Shown here: one piece after another, positions 28,476 through 38,099 of the stretch | Position numbering within the stretch: the stretch's first letter is position 1 | Layout of the letters: every line of letters starts with the position of its first letter | NCBI GenBank assembly: GCA_045047115.1 | Contig: JASFYR010000008.1 | Span: 32,001 to 96,000, forward strand | Direction: 5' to 3' | DNA from: Sulfurospirillum sp. | GTDB taxonomy: Bacteria; Campylobacterota; Campylobacteria; Campylobacterales; Sulfurospirillaceae | DNA: 64,000 nt | The notes under the pieces: model-generated | Told to the model about the DNA's origin: nothing | Seen by the model: the letters and a program-made list of their open reading frames with translations, nothing else | The model's database searches: none | Translations under genes and position numbers: made by a program

Positions 28476-29742
28476 AGAGGCTTTTGGTGAAGCAAAAAGA
28501 GTTATTCCTGGTGGTGTTGACTCTCCTGTGAGAGCTTTTAAGAGTGTTGGAGGAACTCCTATTTTTATAAAAAAAGGTGAGGGTGCATATCTTTTTGATA
28601 TTGATAATAATAAATATCTAGACTTCGTCCAGAGTTGGGGTCCTTTGATATTTGGACATTGCGATAAAGACATACAAAAAGCTGTCATAAAAGCAGTAAA
28701 AAAAGGTCTTAGTTTTGGAGCACCTACAAAAGTTGAGACGAAGTTGGCAAAAGAGATATGTTCGCTTTTTGATGAGATAGACAAGATCCGTTTTGTAAGC
28801 AGTGGCACGGAGGCGGTTATGAGTGCTATAAGATTGGCTCGTGGATATACGGGACGGGATGATATAATCAAATTTGAAGGCTGTTATCATGGTCATAGTG
28901 ACTCTTTGCTTGTGCAAGCAGGTAGTGGAGCTGTAACTTTTGGAACTCCTAGTTCTCCGGGAGTTCCGGCAGATTTCACAAAGCATACTCTACTTGCAAA
29001 ATACAATGATATACAGAGTGTCAAGAAGTGCTTTGAAAACTCAAAAGATATAGCATGTGTGATTATTGAGCCTATTGCGGGCAATATGGGTTTGGTTCCA
29101 GCGGAAGTGCAGTTTTTAAAAGAGCTCAAAGAGTTGTGTGAAAAAAATGGAGCCTTGTTGATATTTGATGAGGTTATGAGTGGATTTAGAGCCTCTTTAA
29201 AGGGAGCAACAGGTCTGGTTAAAGTTAGACCTGATTTGATCACTTTTGGTAAAGTGATAGGAGGGGGTATGCCAGTAGGTGCTTTTGGTGGTTTAGAGGA
29301 AATAATGGACCAGTTGAGTCCCGATGGACCTGTATATCAAGCAGGAACTTTGAGTGGAAATCCGGTGGCTATGAATGCTGGTTTGAAAGCTTTGAAGAAA
29401 GTAGTCAAAAACTCTGATATGTATGAAGATTTGGAAGAAAAGGCAAATTTACTGGTCAGAGGTTTTGAAAAAGAGGCGAAAAAAGTAGGAATTTCACTGC
29501 AGGTAAGTGTCCGAGGCAGTATGTTTGGATTTTTCTTTAATGAAAACAAGGTGAAAAATTTTGATGATGCTCTAAAATCCGATACAAAAATGTTTGCCAA
29601 ATTTCACAAAGGTATGCTAAGTAGAGGTTTTTATTTTGCATGTAGTCAGTTTGAGACCGGATTTATAAGCACTAAAATAAAAACAGAGCATATAGAAAAG
29701 ACTGTTGCAGCAGCGGCTGAGGTCTTTAAAGAGATAGTATGA
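28456..29742 (+). CDS. hemL: Glutamate-1-semialdehyde 2,1-aminomutase
   Basis: [54 protein letters not shown] at 28456 preferred. Confidence 0.97.
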   Translation: MYTQNSKEAFGEAKRVIPGGVDSPVRAFKSVGGTPIFIKKGEGAYLFDIDNNKYLDFVQSWGPLIFGHCDKDIQKAVIKAVKKGLSFGAPTKVETKLAKEICSLFDEIDKIRFVSSGTEAVMSAIRLARGYTGRDDIIKFEGCYHGHSDSLLVQAGSGAVTFGTPSSPGVPADFTKHTLLAKYNDIQSVKKCFENSKDIACVIIEPIAGNMGLVPAEVQFLKELKELCEKNGALLIFDEVMSGFRASLKGATGLVKVRPDLITFGKVIGGGMPVGAFGGLEEIMDQLSPDGPVYQAGTLSGNPVAMNAGLKALKKVVKNSDMYEDLEEKANLLVRGFEKEAKKVGISLQVSVRGSMFGFFFNENKVKNFDDALKSDTKMFAKFHKGMLSRGFYFACSQFETGFISTKIKTEHIEKTVAAAAEVFKEIV

Positions 29743-30059
29743 GCAAAGAACAAAAACCACGCTACAGACCAATCATAGAGGGGGCAGAGCAGTTGTCGCT
29801 TGGTATCTCTATGGTTGTAGCAGTTCTTTTGGGTGTTGGCGCAGGAATTTTGATGAAAAACTGGTTTCACCAAAGTTGGCTTCTTTGGCTAGGCGTATTT
29901 TGGGGAGTAAGCGGAGCAATTTTAAATGTCTACAAGGCATATAAAAAACAGATGAAATCACTAGATGAGCTTAAAGATGATGTAAGATATAAAAACTATA
30001 AGCCAAAAAAAGATGATGACGATGATGAGAGCTATGATAGCGAAGGAAGATATGAGTAA
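29739..30059 (+). CDS. AtpZ/AtpI family membrane protein
   Basis: [18 protein letters not shown]...LGVFWGV pattern; ATGA overlap with hemL. Confidence 0.8.
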   Translation: MSKEQKPRYRPIIEGAEQLSLGISMVVAVLLGVGAGILMKNWFHQSWLLWLGVFWGVSGAILNVYKAYKKQMKSLDELKDDVRYKNYKPKKDDDDDESYDSEGRYE

Positions 30060-30543
30060 ATTTTCATATTTTTACCTGATTGGTGATTTTTTTATTATTA
30101 TTTTGGCTCTCTTGATGGGCAAGTACTGGCTTTTGAACACCCAAGTTGCTTTTATTTGTTCTATGTTTATCACCTTTGCTTCATTTTATGCTTATAAAAA
30201 ATCTATACAAAAAGGCATCAAAAATAGCAATGGTGAAGAGTTTAGAGACTCTTTTGATGAGCTTGAAGATCCCTATAATCTTTTTGATAATGAAGATGAA
30301 AAGCCCAATCAGCCCAAAAAAAACAGAGGTGTTTTTAAATACACAGTCAAAGGTTTTGCAAGTGGTATAGCAGGAGCAGTAAATCCTCTGAGGATATTGG
30401 CTTATATCGTATTGATAGTCTCTTTTCTATATCTAAACAGGCAAGGACTCTTTAATGGTTTTGCATTTTTTACAGGCTTAAGTATCGTGCCTATTATGAG
30501 TATGTTAAGCTCTATAATTAATTTGAAATCAAAGCAGAGCTGA
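30052..30543 (+). CDS. Conserved membrane protein
   Basis: Four hydrophobic segments around an acidic EDPYNLFD loop; ATG at 30052 follows AAGGA. Confidence 0.75.
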   Translation: MSKFSYFYLIGDFFIIILALLMGKYWLLNTQVAFICSMFITFASFYAYKKSIQKGIKNSNGEEFRDSFDELEDPYNLFDNEDEKPNQPKKNRGVFKYTVKGFASGIAGAVNPLRILAYIVLIVSFLYLNRQGLFNGFAFFTGLSIVPIMSMLSSIINLKSKQS

Positions 30544-31204
30544 GTATAGTAGAGTTGGCGCGAAAAACTACTATAGAATTGGCATTAGCCGATATATCTT
30601 CTATATTTTGTTCAAAGGATGTATCTCTTTTTTCACCTTCCACATGTAGAGAAAAAATTGGATATTTTTTACCTTCAAACTTTAGATATTCTCCAGTATT
30701 TAGCATCAATTTTGATGTGATGGTTGTAGAGTTGAGATATGATTGGTAAATTTTATTGATGAGTTTACTGAATTCCTCTATCTTTAGTCTTACTTGTGGA
30801 AAGGTGGGATCAAAGAGTTTATTGTGTTTTATTTTTGAAGAGCCTGCACTTGTGGCACTGATGCAAAGATCAAGCAAAGAGTAGATATTGACAAAGTCTC
30901 CATGTTCGCCGATTGATGGATTTTTTGTTGCTTTTTTATATAATTTGATACCGATTTCACTATCATCCAGATATCCAACAGTGATGGCAAAAAAAGAAAA
31001 TGATCCAAAATTGAGGTCTAAAATAGTAGTTTTGAAACCGAAAGTGATATTTGCATAGGTTTTGGCTAAGTTAAAAATCTCCTTTGCCTGAACTTCGCCA
31101 AGAAGATAGTGAGCTTCTTGATTGAGCGATTTAACCCTCCCGTTTTCATCAAAAGAGATGAAAGGATTATAATCAAACTCCATCCAAGCTTCACTGAACT
31201 TCAT
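30518..31204 (-). CDS. Hypothetical protein downstream of rpoD (PAS-like N-terminus)
   Basis: 228 aa ORF 10 nt after rpoD; NPFISFDENG..LNQEA..LLG resembles a PAS start. Confidence 0.75.
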   Translation of the reverse strand: MKFSEAWMEFDYNPFISFDENGRVKSLNQEAHYLLGEVQAKEIFNLAKTYANITFGFKTTILDLNFGSFSFFAITVGYLDDSEIGIKLYKKATKNPSIGEHGDFVNIYSLLDLCISATSAGSSKIKHNKLFDPTFPQVRLKIEEFSKLINKIYQSYLNSTTITSKLMLNTGEYLKFEGKKYPIFSLHVEGEKRDTSFEQNIEDISANANSIVVFRANSTILSSALISN

Positions 31205-31214
31205 GTTTTGCTTT

Positions 31215-33035
31215 TTAGCTTTCGATATAATTTTTTAGTTTTCTTCCCACTTTTGGGTGTTTTAGCTTTTTGATAGCACTGCTCTCAATTTGTCTGACTC
31301 TCTCTCTGGTGACACTAAGCTCTTTTCCTATCTCTTCAAGAGTTCTATCACTCTCATCGTGCATCAAACCAAATCTCATTCTTATAACTGCTTTTTCTCT
31401 GTCGTTTAACTGTTCCAATACATCGTCTATTTGGTCTTTAAGGTCATTTTTTAGGATAAAATCCATTGGAGATATGCTGGATTTATCCTCTACAAAGTCA
31501 CCAAACTTACCATCTTCTTCTTTGCCGATAGGAGCTTCAAGAGAGATAGGCTCTTTTGTTATCTTTATAACATTTTTGACCTTGTCTGTGCTAAGCCCGA
31601 CCTCTTTTGATATAGTATCAACATCAGGCTCTTTTCCATGCTCCTGCAAGTGTTTTCTAACTATTTTGTTTATTCTGTTTATAGTTTCTATCATGTGAAT
31701 TGGAATTCTGATAGTTCTTGCCTGATCGGCAATAGCTCTTGAGATTGCTTGTCTTATCCACCAGGTTGCATAGGTTGAGAATTTATAGCCTTTTTTATAC
31801 TCAAATTTATCTACAGCTTTCATCAGTCCGATATTTCCCTCTTGGATAAGATCCAAGAATGGGAGTCCTCTGTTTGTGTATCTTTTTGCTATAGATACTA
31901 CTAATCTAAGGTTTGATTTTGCCATTCTGGTTTTTGCTGCATCTGCTATTTTTTTACCTCTTTTTATCTGCTCCAGTATCTCTTTAAGCCTTTCTTCTTC
32001 AAGATCAAAGCTCTGCTTACTGGCTTCTTTGGTTTGAAACAGTTTTTTAATTTTCATGTAGGTTGAAACCATGGTGGCTTCAGGAACCTCCAGTATAACA
32101 TCATCCTTACTCATTTTTGTGAGTTTTGAGAGGATTTTTTCATGATTTTTTCTTAAAGTATCATTAAAAAGTGGGAGCATATACTCCAGCCTTTTTAGTT
32201 CTTTATCAAATTCGGTATCACTCTTTAGTGCGGTCTCTATGGACCTGACAAGTTCATTGATGAGCTTACTTGTGGGTCCTAGCTCCATCAACTTCTCTTT
32301 TAAGATTTTCTTTTTGAAAGCCAAAGTTAAATCATAAGCCATTTTAGTCTGCTCATCAGCATCTTCGTCAGGTGTTTTAACTAAAGTCTTCATCCAATCT
32401 TTTTTTGCTTTTTCTAAGGCTTTGAAACTTGCTACTACTTTTTGTGTCCGACTGTCATCTTTTTTATTTGCTTTTTTACTCTCACTATCATCATCGTCAT
32501 CATCGCTGTCGTCTTCAAAACTTCTAAAGAGTTCTTTTACTCTTCTCTCTCTGTTTATGAGTGCTTCTTTATAATCAAGTATAAAATCTATGAGATAAGG
32601 AACAGAACAAAAAGCATCTATGATGATATCTTCACCAAACTCTATCTTTTTGCTTATGTCTATCTCTTCTTCTTTTGTCAAAAGAGATATTTGCCCCATC
32701 TCTCTTAAGTACATTCTTACAGGACTGTCGCTTCTACTCCACTCTAAAAGCTCTTTTTCGCTGGCTAAGTCAAACTCGTCTTCCAGTGCTTCGTCTTGAA
32801 GTTTTTGCCTCTCTTCTTCTCTTTTTTGCGCCTCTTGTTTGTTTCTGAGTTTTGCGATTTCAGCTGAAGTTATAAGAGAAGTTTTGTACTTGTTGAGCAA
32901 AGATATGACTTTTTTGGCATTTGATGCAGTAGGTTGTTTTGGAAAAATATCCATTACTTTTTCATATGTAACATGACCTTTTTCGTTTTCTTTGAACAGC
33001 TCTTCAAGTTTTGCGTAGATTTCTTTGGTGGACAT
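31215..33035 (-). CDS. rpoD: RNA polymerase primary sigma factor
   Basis: [56 protein letters not shown]. Confidence 0.98.
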   Translation of the reverse strand: MSTKEIYAKLEELFKENEKGHVTYEKVMDIFPKQPTASNAKKVISLLNKYKTSLITSAEIAKLRNKQEAQKREEERQKLQDEALEDEFDLASEKELLEWSRSDSPVRMYLREMGQISLLTKEEEIDISKKIEFGEDIIIDAFCSVPYLIDFILDYKEALINRERRVKELFRSFEDDSDDDDDDSESKKANKKDDSRTQKVVASFKALEKAKKDWMKTLVKTPDEDADEQTKMAYDLTLAFKKKILKEKLMELGPTSKLINELVRSIETALKSDTEFDKELKRLEYMLPLFNDTLRKNHEKILSKLTKMSKDDVILEVPEATMVSTYMKIKKLFQTKEASKQSFDLEEERLKEILEQIKRGKKIADAAKTRMAKSNLRLVVSIAKRYTNRGLPFLDLIQEGNIGLMKAVDKFEYKKGYKFSTYATWWIRQAISRAIADQARTIRIPIHMIETINRINKIVRKHLQEHGKEPDVDTISKEVGLSTDKVKNVIKITKEPISLEAPIGKEEDGKFGDFVEDKSSISPMDFILKNDLKDQIDDVLEQLNDREKAVIRMRFGLMHDESDRTLEEIGKELSVTRERVRQIESSAIKKLKHPKVGRKLKNYIES

Positions 33036-33143
33036 GCTTTGTAGCCCCTTATTTGTGTAGTAATAAAGAACGGATTGTACCCAAATATATTTAAAAAGAG
33101 GTTAAATGCAACTTGCCGTTTAAATATATTTGTTGATTTATAG

Positions 33144-33161
33144 TTGGAACACATATTGCTT
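33144..33161 (+). promoter_or_regulatory. Sigma54 -24/-12 promoter of flgF-flgG
   Basis: TTGGAACACATATTGCTT, GG(33146-47)-N10-GC(33158-59). Confidence 0.8.
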
Positions 33162-33213
33162 TTAGTGCTGTAAGAATTAATATAACTGATATAGTTAGTA
33201 AGGTAGGTTTATT

Positions 33214-34017
33214 GTGCAGAGCGGATATTATGATGTCACGGGTGGTATGGTTACTCAGTTTAACAGACTTGATGTTATCTCAAATAACCTTGCAAATCTT
33301 AACACAACAGCTTTTAAAAGAGATGATGTTGTGATTGGTGACTTTAAAAGGATTTTTCAAAATACCCAAGATAATATGCCTGTAAAAGGCAACACTAAAG
33401 AAGCGGCAAAGTTTGTAAATTCGAGTATAGACAGAGTGCCTCGCATAAGGGAGCAATATACAAATTTTAAACAAGGTGGTTTGAAAAACACCGGAAACAG
33501 TTTGGATTTTGCACTTAAAAGCAAAGATACTTTTTTTATGGTGAAGACTCCAGATGGAATCAGGCTTAGTCAAGATGGTTCATTTGTATTGAACAATGAC
33601 GGTGTTTTGAGTACAAAAGAGGGCTATCCAGTATTGCCAAAAAATTATTTTAAAAATTCACAATTTATAAGAGTTCCACAAGATACACCTCTAACATGCG
33701 ATAAGAGTGGGAATCTATACTCGGATGGAAATAGTATAGCGCAGTTTTATATAGCAACAACAGACGATATGAAAAGTCTTAAAAAAGATGGTGAAGGGCT
33801 ATATAAATTTAAAAATCTTAAAAATATAGAACCAAGTGCAAAAAAAGATGTGGTTGCACAAGGCTTTTTAGAGACAAGCAATGTAAATCCGGTATATGAG
33901 ATGGTCGATTTGATAGAAACAAACAGATTGGTTGAGATGTACCAAAGAGTTATGAGTGCTCATATGAATGATTTAAACAGTGATGCAATAAATAAATTAG
34001 CATCCATGAGAGCATAA
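33214..34017 (+). CDS. flgF: Flagellar basal-body rod protein (FlgF/FlgG-like)
   Basis: DVISNNLAN, TGNSLDFA, QGFLETSNVNPV; precedes flgG. Confidence 0.85.
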   Translation: MQSGYYDVTGGMVTQFNRLDVISNNLANLNTTAFKRDDVVIGDFKRIFQNTQDNMPVKGNTKEAAKFVNSSIDRVPRIREQYTNFKQGGLKNTGNSLDFALKSKDTFFMVKTPDGIRLSQDGSFVLNNDGVLSTKEGYPVLPKNYFKNSQFIRVPQDTPLTCDKSGNLYSDGNSIAQFYIATTDDMKSLKKDGEGLYKFKNLKNIEPSAKKDVVAQGFLETSNVNPVYEMVDLIETNRLVEMYQRVMSAHMNDLNSDAINKLASMRA

Positions 34018-34080
34018 ACGACCGCAAGGTTGTGCTTTAGCAGAGCGTGAATTATCGAGGGGCTTTGCCCCTTGATAAGA
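34018..34080 (+). repeat. REP-like intercistronic element
   Basis: accgcaaggt mini-hairpin, gctttagca, hairpin ttatcgaggggc-ttt-gccccttgataa; gaggggctttgcc shared with 41913-41925. Confidence 0.6.
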
Positions 34081-34110
34081 TGATAATTAAATAAAAAAAG
34101 GAATACTAAA

Positions 34111-34899
34111 ATGATAAGATCGCTTTATACAGCAGCAACAGGCATGATAGCACAACAGACACAGATTGATACAACTTCAAATAATATAGCAAATGTAAAT
34201 ACGATAGGCTATAAAAAGCAAAGAGCAGAGTTTGCAGATCTGATGTATCAGACTATGAAATATGCAGGAACCGCAACAAGTGACACTACAGTATCTCCTA
34301 CGGGTATAGAGGTAGGTCTTGGTGTCAGACCAACCGCAATCGCCAAGCAGTTTACCCAGGGAAATTTTAAAGAGACCGGAAACCCACTTGATATGGCGAT
34401 AACGGGAAATGGCTTTTTTCAGTTACAGTTACCTGATGGGACAACAGCATATACGAGAAACGGTTCATTTAAACTTGACAGCAATGGCAATGTAGTAAAC
34501 AGTGATGGATATAAGCTTACACCAAATATCGTGATTCCTGCAGATACTACCCAAATCTCAATTGGAACAGATGGAACAGTATCTGTTATGCAAGCAGGTC
34601 AAACACAGATGTCTCAAGTAGGTCAAATAGAACTGGCAAATTTTGTAAATCCGGCAGGACTTCACTCGTTAGGTAATAATAATCTCATAAATACAACTGC
34701 ATCAGGTGATGCACTCACAGGCACCCCGGGACTTAATGGCATAGGTCAGCTAAGACAAAACTTTGTGGAGATGAGCAATGTTCAACTGGTAGAAGAGATG
34801 ACGGATCTCATAACCGGTCAAAGAGCATACGAGGCGAACTCAAAAGCTATCACAACAAGTGATCAGATGCTACAGACTGTAAATGGACTCAAAAGGTAG
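34111..34899 (+). CDS. flgG: Flagellar basal-body rod protein FlgG
   Basis: MIRSLYTAATGM, NNIANVNTIGYKK, YTRNGSF, EMSNV, QRAYEANSK. Confidence 0.97.
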   Translation: MIRSLYTAATGMIAQQTQIDTTSNNIANVNTIGYKKQRAEFADLMYQTMKYAGTATSDTTVSPTGIEVGLGVRPTAIAKQFTQGNFKETGNPLDMAITGNGFFQLQLPDGTTAYTRNGSFKLDSNGNVVNSDGYKLTPNIVIPADTTQISIGTDGTVSVMQAGQTQMSQVGQIELANFVNPAGLHSLGNNNLINTTASGDALTGTPGLNGIGQLRQNFVEMSNVQLVEEMTDLITGQRAYEANSKAITTSDQMLQTVNGLKR

Positions 34900-34903
34900 T
34901 AGA

Positions 34904-35080
34904 ATGCTTATGATACTGCCTTTTTTGGTGGTTATACTCATAATAGTAGCGATAAACCACATATACTATAGCGATGTAAAATCTAAAAATCTAAAAACTC
35001 CTTCACATGTAGAGAAAAAATTAGACAAACGAGATACAACACAAAGCTATCTTGACAAATATATAAAAAAACAGCCATGA
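34904..35080 (+). CDS. Small single-TM hypothetical protein
   Basis: N-terminal hydrophobic helix; stop overlaps the azlC start (ATGA). Confidence 0.6.
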   Translation: MLMILPFLVVILIIVAINHIYYSDVKSKNLKTPSHVEKKLDKRDTTQSYLDKYIKKQP

Positions 35081-35751
35081 GTTTTTTTTCGATATTTAAG
35101 CTCACTATTCCCGTGCTTATGGGCTATATACCTTTGGGTATGGCATTTGGATTGTTGCTTTCAAAGATGATAATACCGTGGTATTATGCATTTTTTATGT
35201 CCACTTTTATATTTGCGGGAAGCGGACAGTTTTTGGCTTTGACTCTCTTTGCTTCGCAGGCAACTATATTGGAGATAGGAGTTGCTACATTTTTGCTAAA
35301 TCTCAGACATACTTTTTACGGACTCTCCATGGTGAGTACCTTTAACAATTTCTCTTGGAAGAAGAATTATCTTATATTTGGTTTGACAGATGAGACTTTT
35401 GCACTTCTAAAAACAAGCGAAATCGAAGAAAAAAACAAAGAGAGAGTATATCTCATTATCACTGTTTTAAATCAGAGTTATTGGATTATAGGAAGTGTTA
35501 CAGGAGCATTGTTGGGAAATATCTTGCCTTTTAATTACAAAGGCATAGAGTTTTCTCTGACAGCTCTTTTTGTGGTATTGTCTATCGACCTGTATAAAAA
35601 AAGCAAACTTCACAAGCCTTTTTTGATAGCGGTTGTCATAGGATTTGTTGGGATGTTAGGTTTCCCAAGCGATAAGATGCTTATACTCACACTCTCACTG
35701 GCAGCTGCAGTTTTGATACTCTTTAGAAAGAATCTCGAAGATGCAAGATAG
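35077..35751 (+). CDS. azlC: AzlC family branched-chain amino-acid exporter
   Basis: GYIPLGMAFG, FAGSGQF, NLRHTFYG, LTDETFA. Confidence 0.9.
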   Translation: MSFFSIFKLTIPVLMGYIPLGMAFGLLLSKMIIPWYYAFFMSTFIFAGSGQFLALTLFASQATILEIGVATFLLNLRHTFYGLSMVSTFNNFSWKKNYLIFGLTDETFALLKTSEIEEKNKERVYLIITVLNQSYWIIGSVTGALLGNILPFNYKGIEFSLTALFVVLSIDLYKKSKLHKPFLIAVVIGFVGMLGFPSDKMLILTLSLAAAVLILFRKNLEDAR

Positions 35752-36067
35752 TTACCTAATAGCCGGTATAGCAGTGGCTACGATTGCTACAATGCTGACA
35801 AGATTTATACCTTTTATCTTTTTTGCCAAAAGAAAACCATCCCCGCTCATAAGATACATAGAGTGGAATATGCCGTTGATGATCATGGTAATTTTGGTAT
35901 TTTATGCTCTAAAAGATGTAAAATGGACTCAACACCCTTTTGGTCTGGCAGAGATTATCGGAGTGGCGATAGCCATATCTGTACATGTAAAGTTTAACAA
36001 TGCACTTCTTAGTATAATAATTTCTACTGTTATATATATGTTCTTGGTGCAGAGAGTTTTTGTTTAG
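35741..36067 (+). CDS. azlD: AzlD family partner subunit
   Basis: TRFIPFIFF, MVILVFY; follows azlC. Confidence 0.85.
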   Translation: MQDSYLIAGIAVATIATMLTRFIPFIFFAKRKPSPLIRYIEWNMPLMIMVILVFYALKDVKWTQHPFGLAEIIGVAIAISVHVKFNNALLSIIISTVIYMFLVQRVFV

Positions 36068-36135
36068 GAATCAAAAAAAACACAAAAGATTCTGTGCAGT
36101 GGTTTCTTTAAACTTTTATTTAGTATAATAATATG

Positions 36136-36169
36136 ACTGCACAATGGAGTATATATTCCATTGTGCAGT
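36136..36169 (+). promoter_or_regulatory. 15-bp stem-loop at the predicted 5' end of the ppaC transcript
   Basis: actgcacaatggagt-atat-attccattgtgcagt, 6 nt after TATAAT (36124-29). Confidence 0.6.
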
Positions 36170-36205
36170 GGTCTCATAATTATATAAAAAAATAAAAGGT
36201 TTAAA

Positions 36206-37123
36206 ATGGCAACTTTCGTATTTGGTCATACCAATCCTGATTCTGATTCTATTGTCGGAGCTATCTCTTTGGCTTATTTAAAAAATCAATTAGGCGAAGA
36301 TTGTATTCCCAGCAGGCAAGGTGAAATTTCTCCTGAGACAGAGTTTATATTGGAAAAGTTCAGTGGTACACTTCCGATTCTCAAAACTGATTATGCAGGT
36401 GAAAATGTTTATATCGTAGATACTACAGATTTGGCTCTTTTGCCAAAAGATATAGCCGATGCTACTGTTTTGGGTGTGGTTGATCACCATAAACTAGGTG
36501 ATCTTACTACCTCTGCGCCTCTTGAATGTTGGATAAGACCTGTCGGATGTTCAAACACCATCATAAAAGAGATGTTTGATTATCACAGTGTAAAGATTCC
36601 AAAAGATTTGGCAGGTATGATGATGTGCGCGATACTTAGTGATACTGTTATATTTAAGTCACCGACTTGCACAAAATCCGATACAAAAGCTGTAAAAGAG
36701 TTGGCGAGCATCGCAGGTGTTAAGGATTATAAGGCATTTGGTATGGAGATGTTTATAGTAAAATCAGCAGTTGGCGATGCGAGTGCAGAGGAACTTGTTA
36801 AAAGAGACTATAAAGAGTTTGCTATGGGTGAGAGCAAGGTTGGCGTAGGTCAGCTTGAAGTTGTTGATTTGAGCATTTTTGACGATAAAAAAGATATGCT
36901 GTTTGATGAAATGAAAAGGGTAAAAGAGAAAAGTGGACTCCATAGCATGATAATTCTTTTGACAGATATCATGACTGAAGGTTCACAGCTTTTGGCAGTC
37001 AGTGACGATGAGAGTCTGATAGAAAAAGCCTTTGGCAAAAAACTACAAAATCATGAAATTTGGTTAGATGGAGTTTTGAGTCGTAAAAAACAGGTTATTC
37101 CATTTTTACAGCCACTATTTTAA
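36206..37123 (+). CDS. ppaC: Mn-dependent (family II) inorganic pyrophosphatase
   Basis: GHTNPDSDS, DHH, ILSDT..FKSPT, DYKEF, SRKKQ. Confidence 0.95.
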   Translation: MATFVFGHTNPDSDSIVGAISLAYLKNQLGEDCIPSRQGEISPETEFILEKFSGTLPILKTDYAGENVYIVDTTDLALLPKDIADATVLGVVDHHKLGDLTTSAPLECWIRPVGCSNTIIKEMFDYHSVKIPKDLAGMMMCAILSDTVIFKSPTCTKSDTKAVKELASIAGVKDYKAFGMEMFIVKSAVGDASAEELVKRDYKEFAMGESKVGVGQLEVVDLSIFDDKKDMLFDEMKRVKEKSGLHSMIILLTDIMTEGSQLLAVSDDESLIEKAFGKKLQNHEIWLDGVLSRKKQVIPFLQPLF

Positions 37124-37350
37124 AACTGACCATTGTTGCAGGAACAAAAACCATCTTCTTCTAGTTTTTTGTTCTCTGCATCAAGTTTTCTCTTATATTT
37201 TTGATATTTTTTCTCTTTTTCAGATACAAAAGTCGTTTTTGATTTGTTCCATTTAAGTTCTTGCTTTATACTTTGGTTTTGATCAAAATTTACACCAAAA
37301 GCGAGTGAGCAAATGATGATGGAACAAAATAGAGTTTTAAACATAAGCAA
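37120..37350 (-). CDS. Small exported hypothetical protein
   Basis: SD AAGGA, signal-like N-terminus, C-terminal FCSC. Confidence 0.55.
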   Translation of the reverse strand: MLMFKTLFCSIIICSLAFGVNFDQNQSIKQELKWNKSKTTFVSEKEKKYQKYKRKLDAENKKLEEDGFCSCNNGQF

Positions 37351-37401
37351 TCCTTAAAAATTTATAGACCAATATATCAAAACTATGCTATTATTTCACT
37401 T

Positions 37402-38088
37402 ATGCAATTAATAACAATACCTAGTTTACTTTTTATGTTTATTCCTATCATTATCGTAGGGATAGTCTATTTTGTATGGACCAAAAATTTCAAAGAGATA
37501 GGTATGGCAACTTTTAGGATGATTTTACAGCTGTTGATTATAGGTTATTTTTTGACTTATATTTTTCAAAACAGCAACTCTTTTATAGGCATTACTATTT
37601 TGATTTTTATGATAGCTATCTCCAGCTTTATAGCTCTTAGAAATGTAAATGATAAAAACAGAGGTACCTATGTAAATTTTTTTATATCTATTGCTATTGG
37701 TGGTAGTTTAAATCTGGTGTTAGTGCTGTTTTTTGTCTTAAATCTCGATCCGATGTATCAGCCAAGATTTATAATCCCACTGGCCGGCATGATATATGCA
37801 AACTCTATGAATGCTCTCTCTTTGGGTGCTGAGAGATTCGAAAATGAAATCAAAACAAAAGATTATATCAAAGCAAGAGCTATCTCTTTTAGAGCTTCAC
37901 TGATACCTCAAATTAACTCTTTTTTAGCTGTAGGTTTGGTCTCATTGCCCGGCATGATGACAGGGCAGATACTCTCAGGCGTAAGTCCGATTATTGCAGT
38001 GAGATATCAGATAGTAGTGATGGCTATGATTTTAGGAAGTGCCGGCATGAGTGTTATGATATATCTGTATTTGCAAGGAAAAAGATAA
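37402..38088 (+). CDS. UPF0014/FetB-like ABC transporter permease
   Basis: RMILQLLIIG, IPLAGMI..NSM, GLVSLPGMMTGQILSG, AVRYQI. Confidence 0.88.
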   Translation: MQLITIPSLLFMFIPIIIVGIVYFVWTKNFKEIGMATFRMILQLLIIGYFLTYIFQNSNSFIGITILIFMIAISSFIALRNVNDKNRGTYVNFFISIAIGGSLNLVLVLFFVLNLDPMYQPRFIIPLAGMIYANSMNALSLGAERFENEIKTKDYIKARAISFRASLIPQINSFLAVGLVSLPGMMTGQILSGVSPIIAVRYQIVVMAMILGSAGMSVMIYLYLQGKR

Positions 38089-38099
38089 AAATCGATCTC

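Noticed and set aside
36130..36200. Fluoride riboswitch upstream of the pyrophosphatase
   Set aside because: ATGGAGT resembles part of the motif, but the P1 stem and the downstream pseudoknot partner (ATGACTCC-like) are absent
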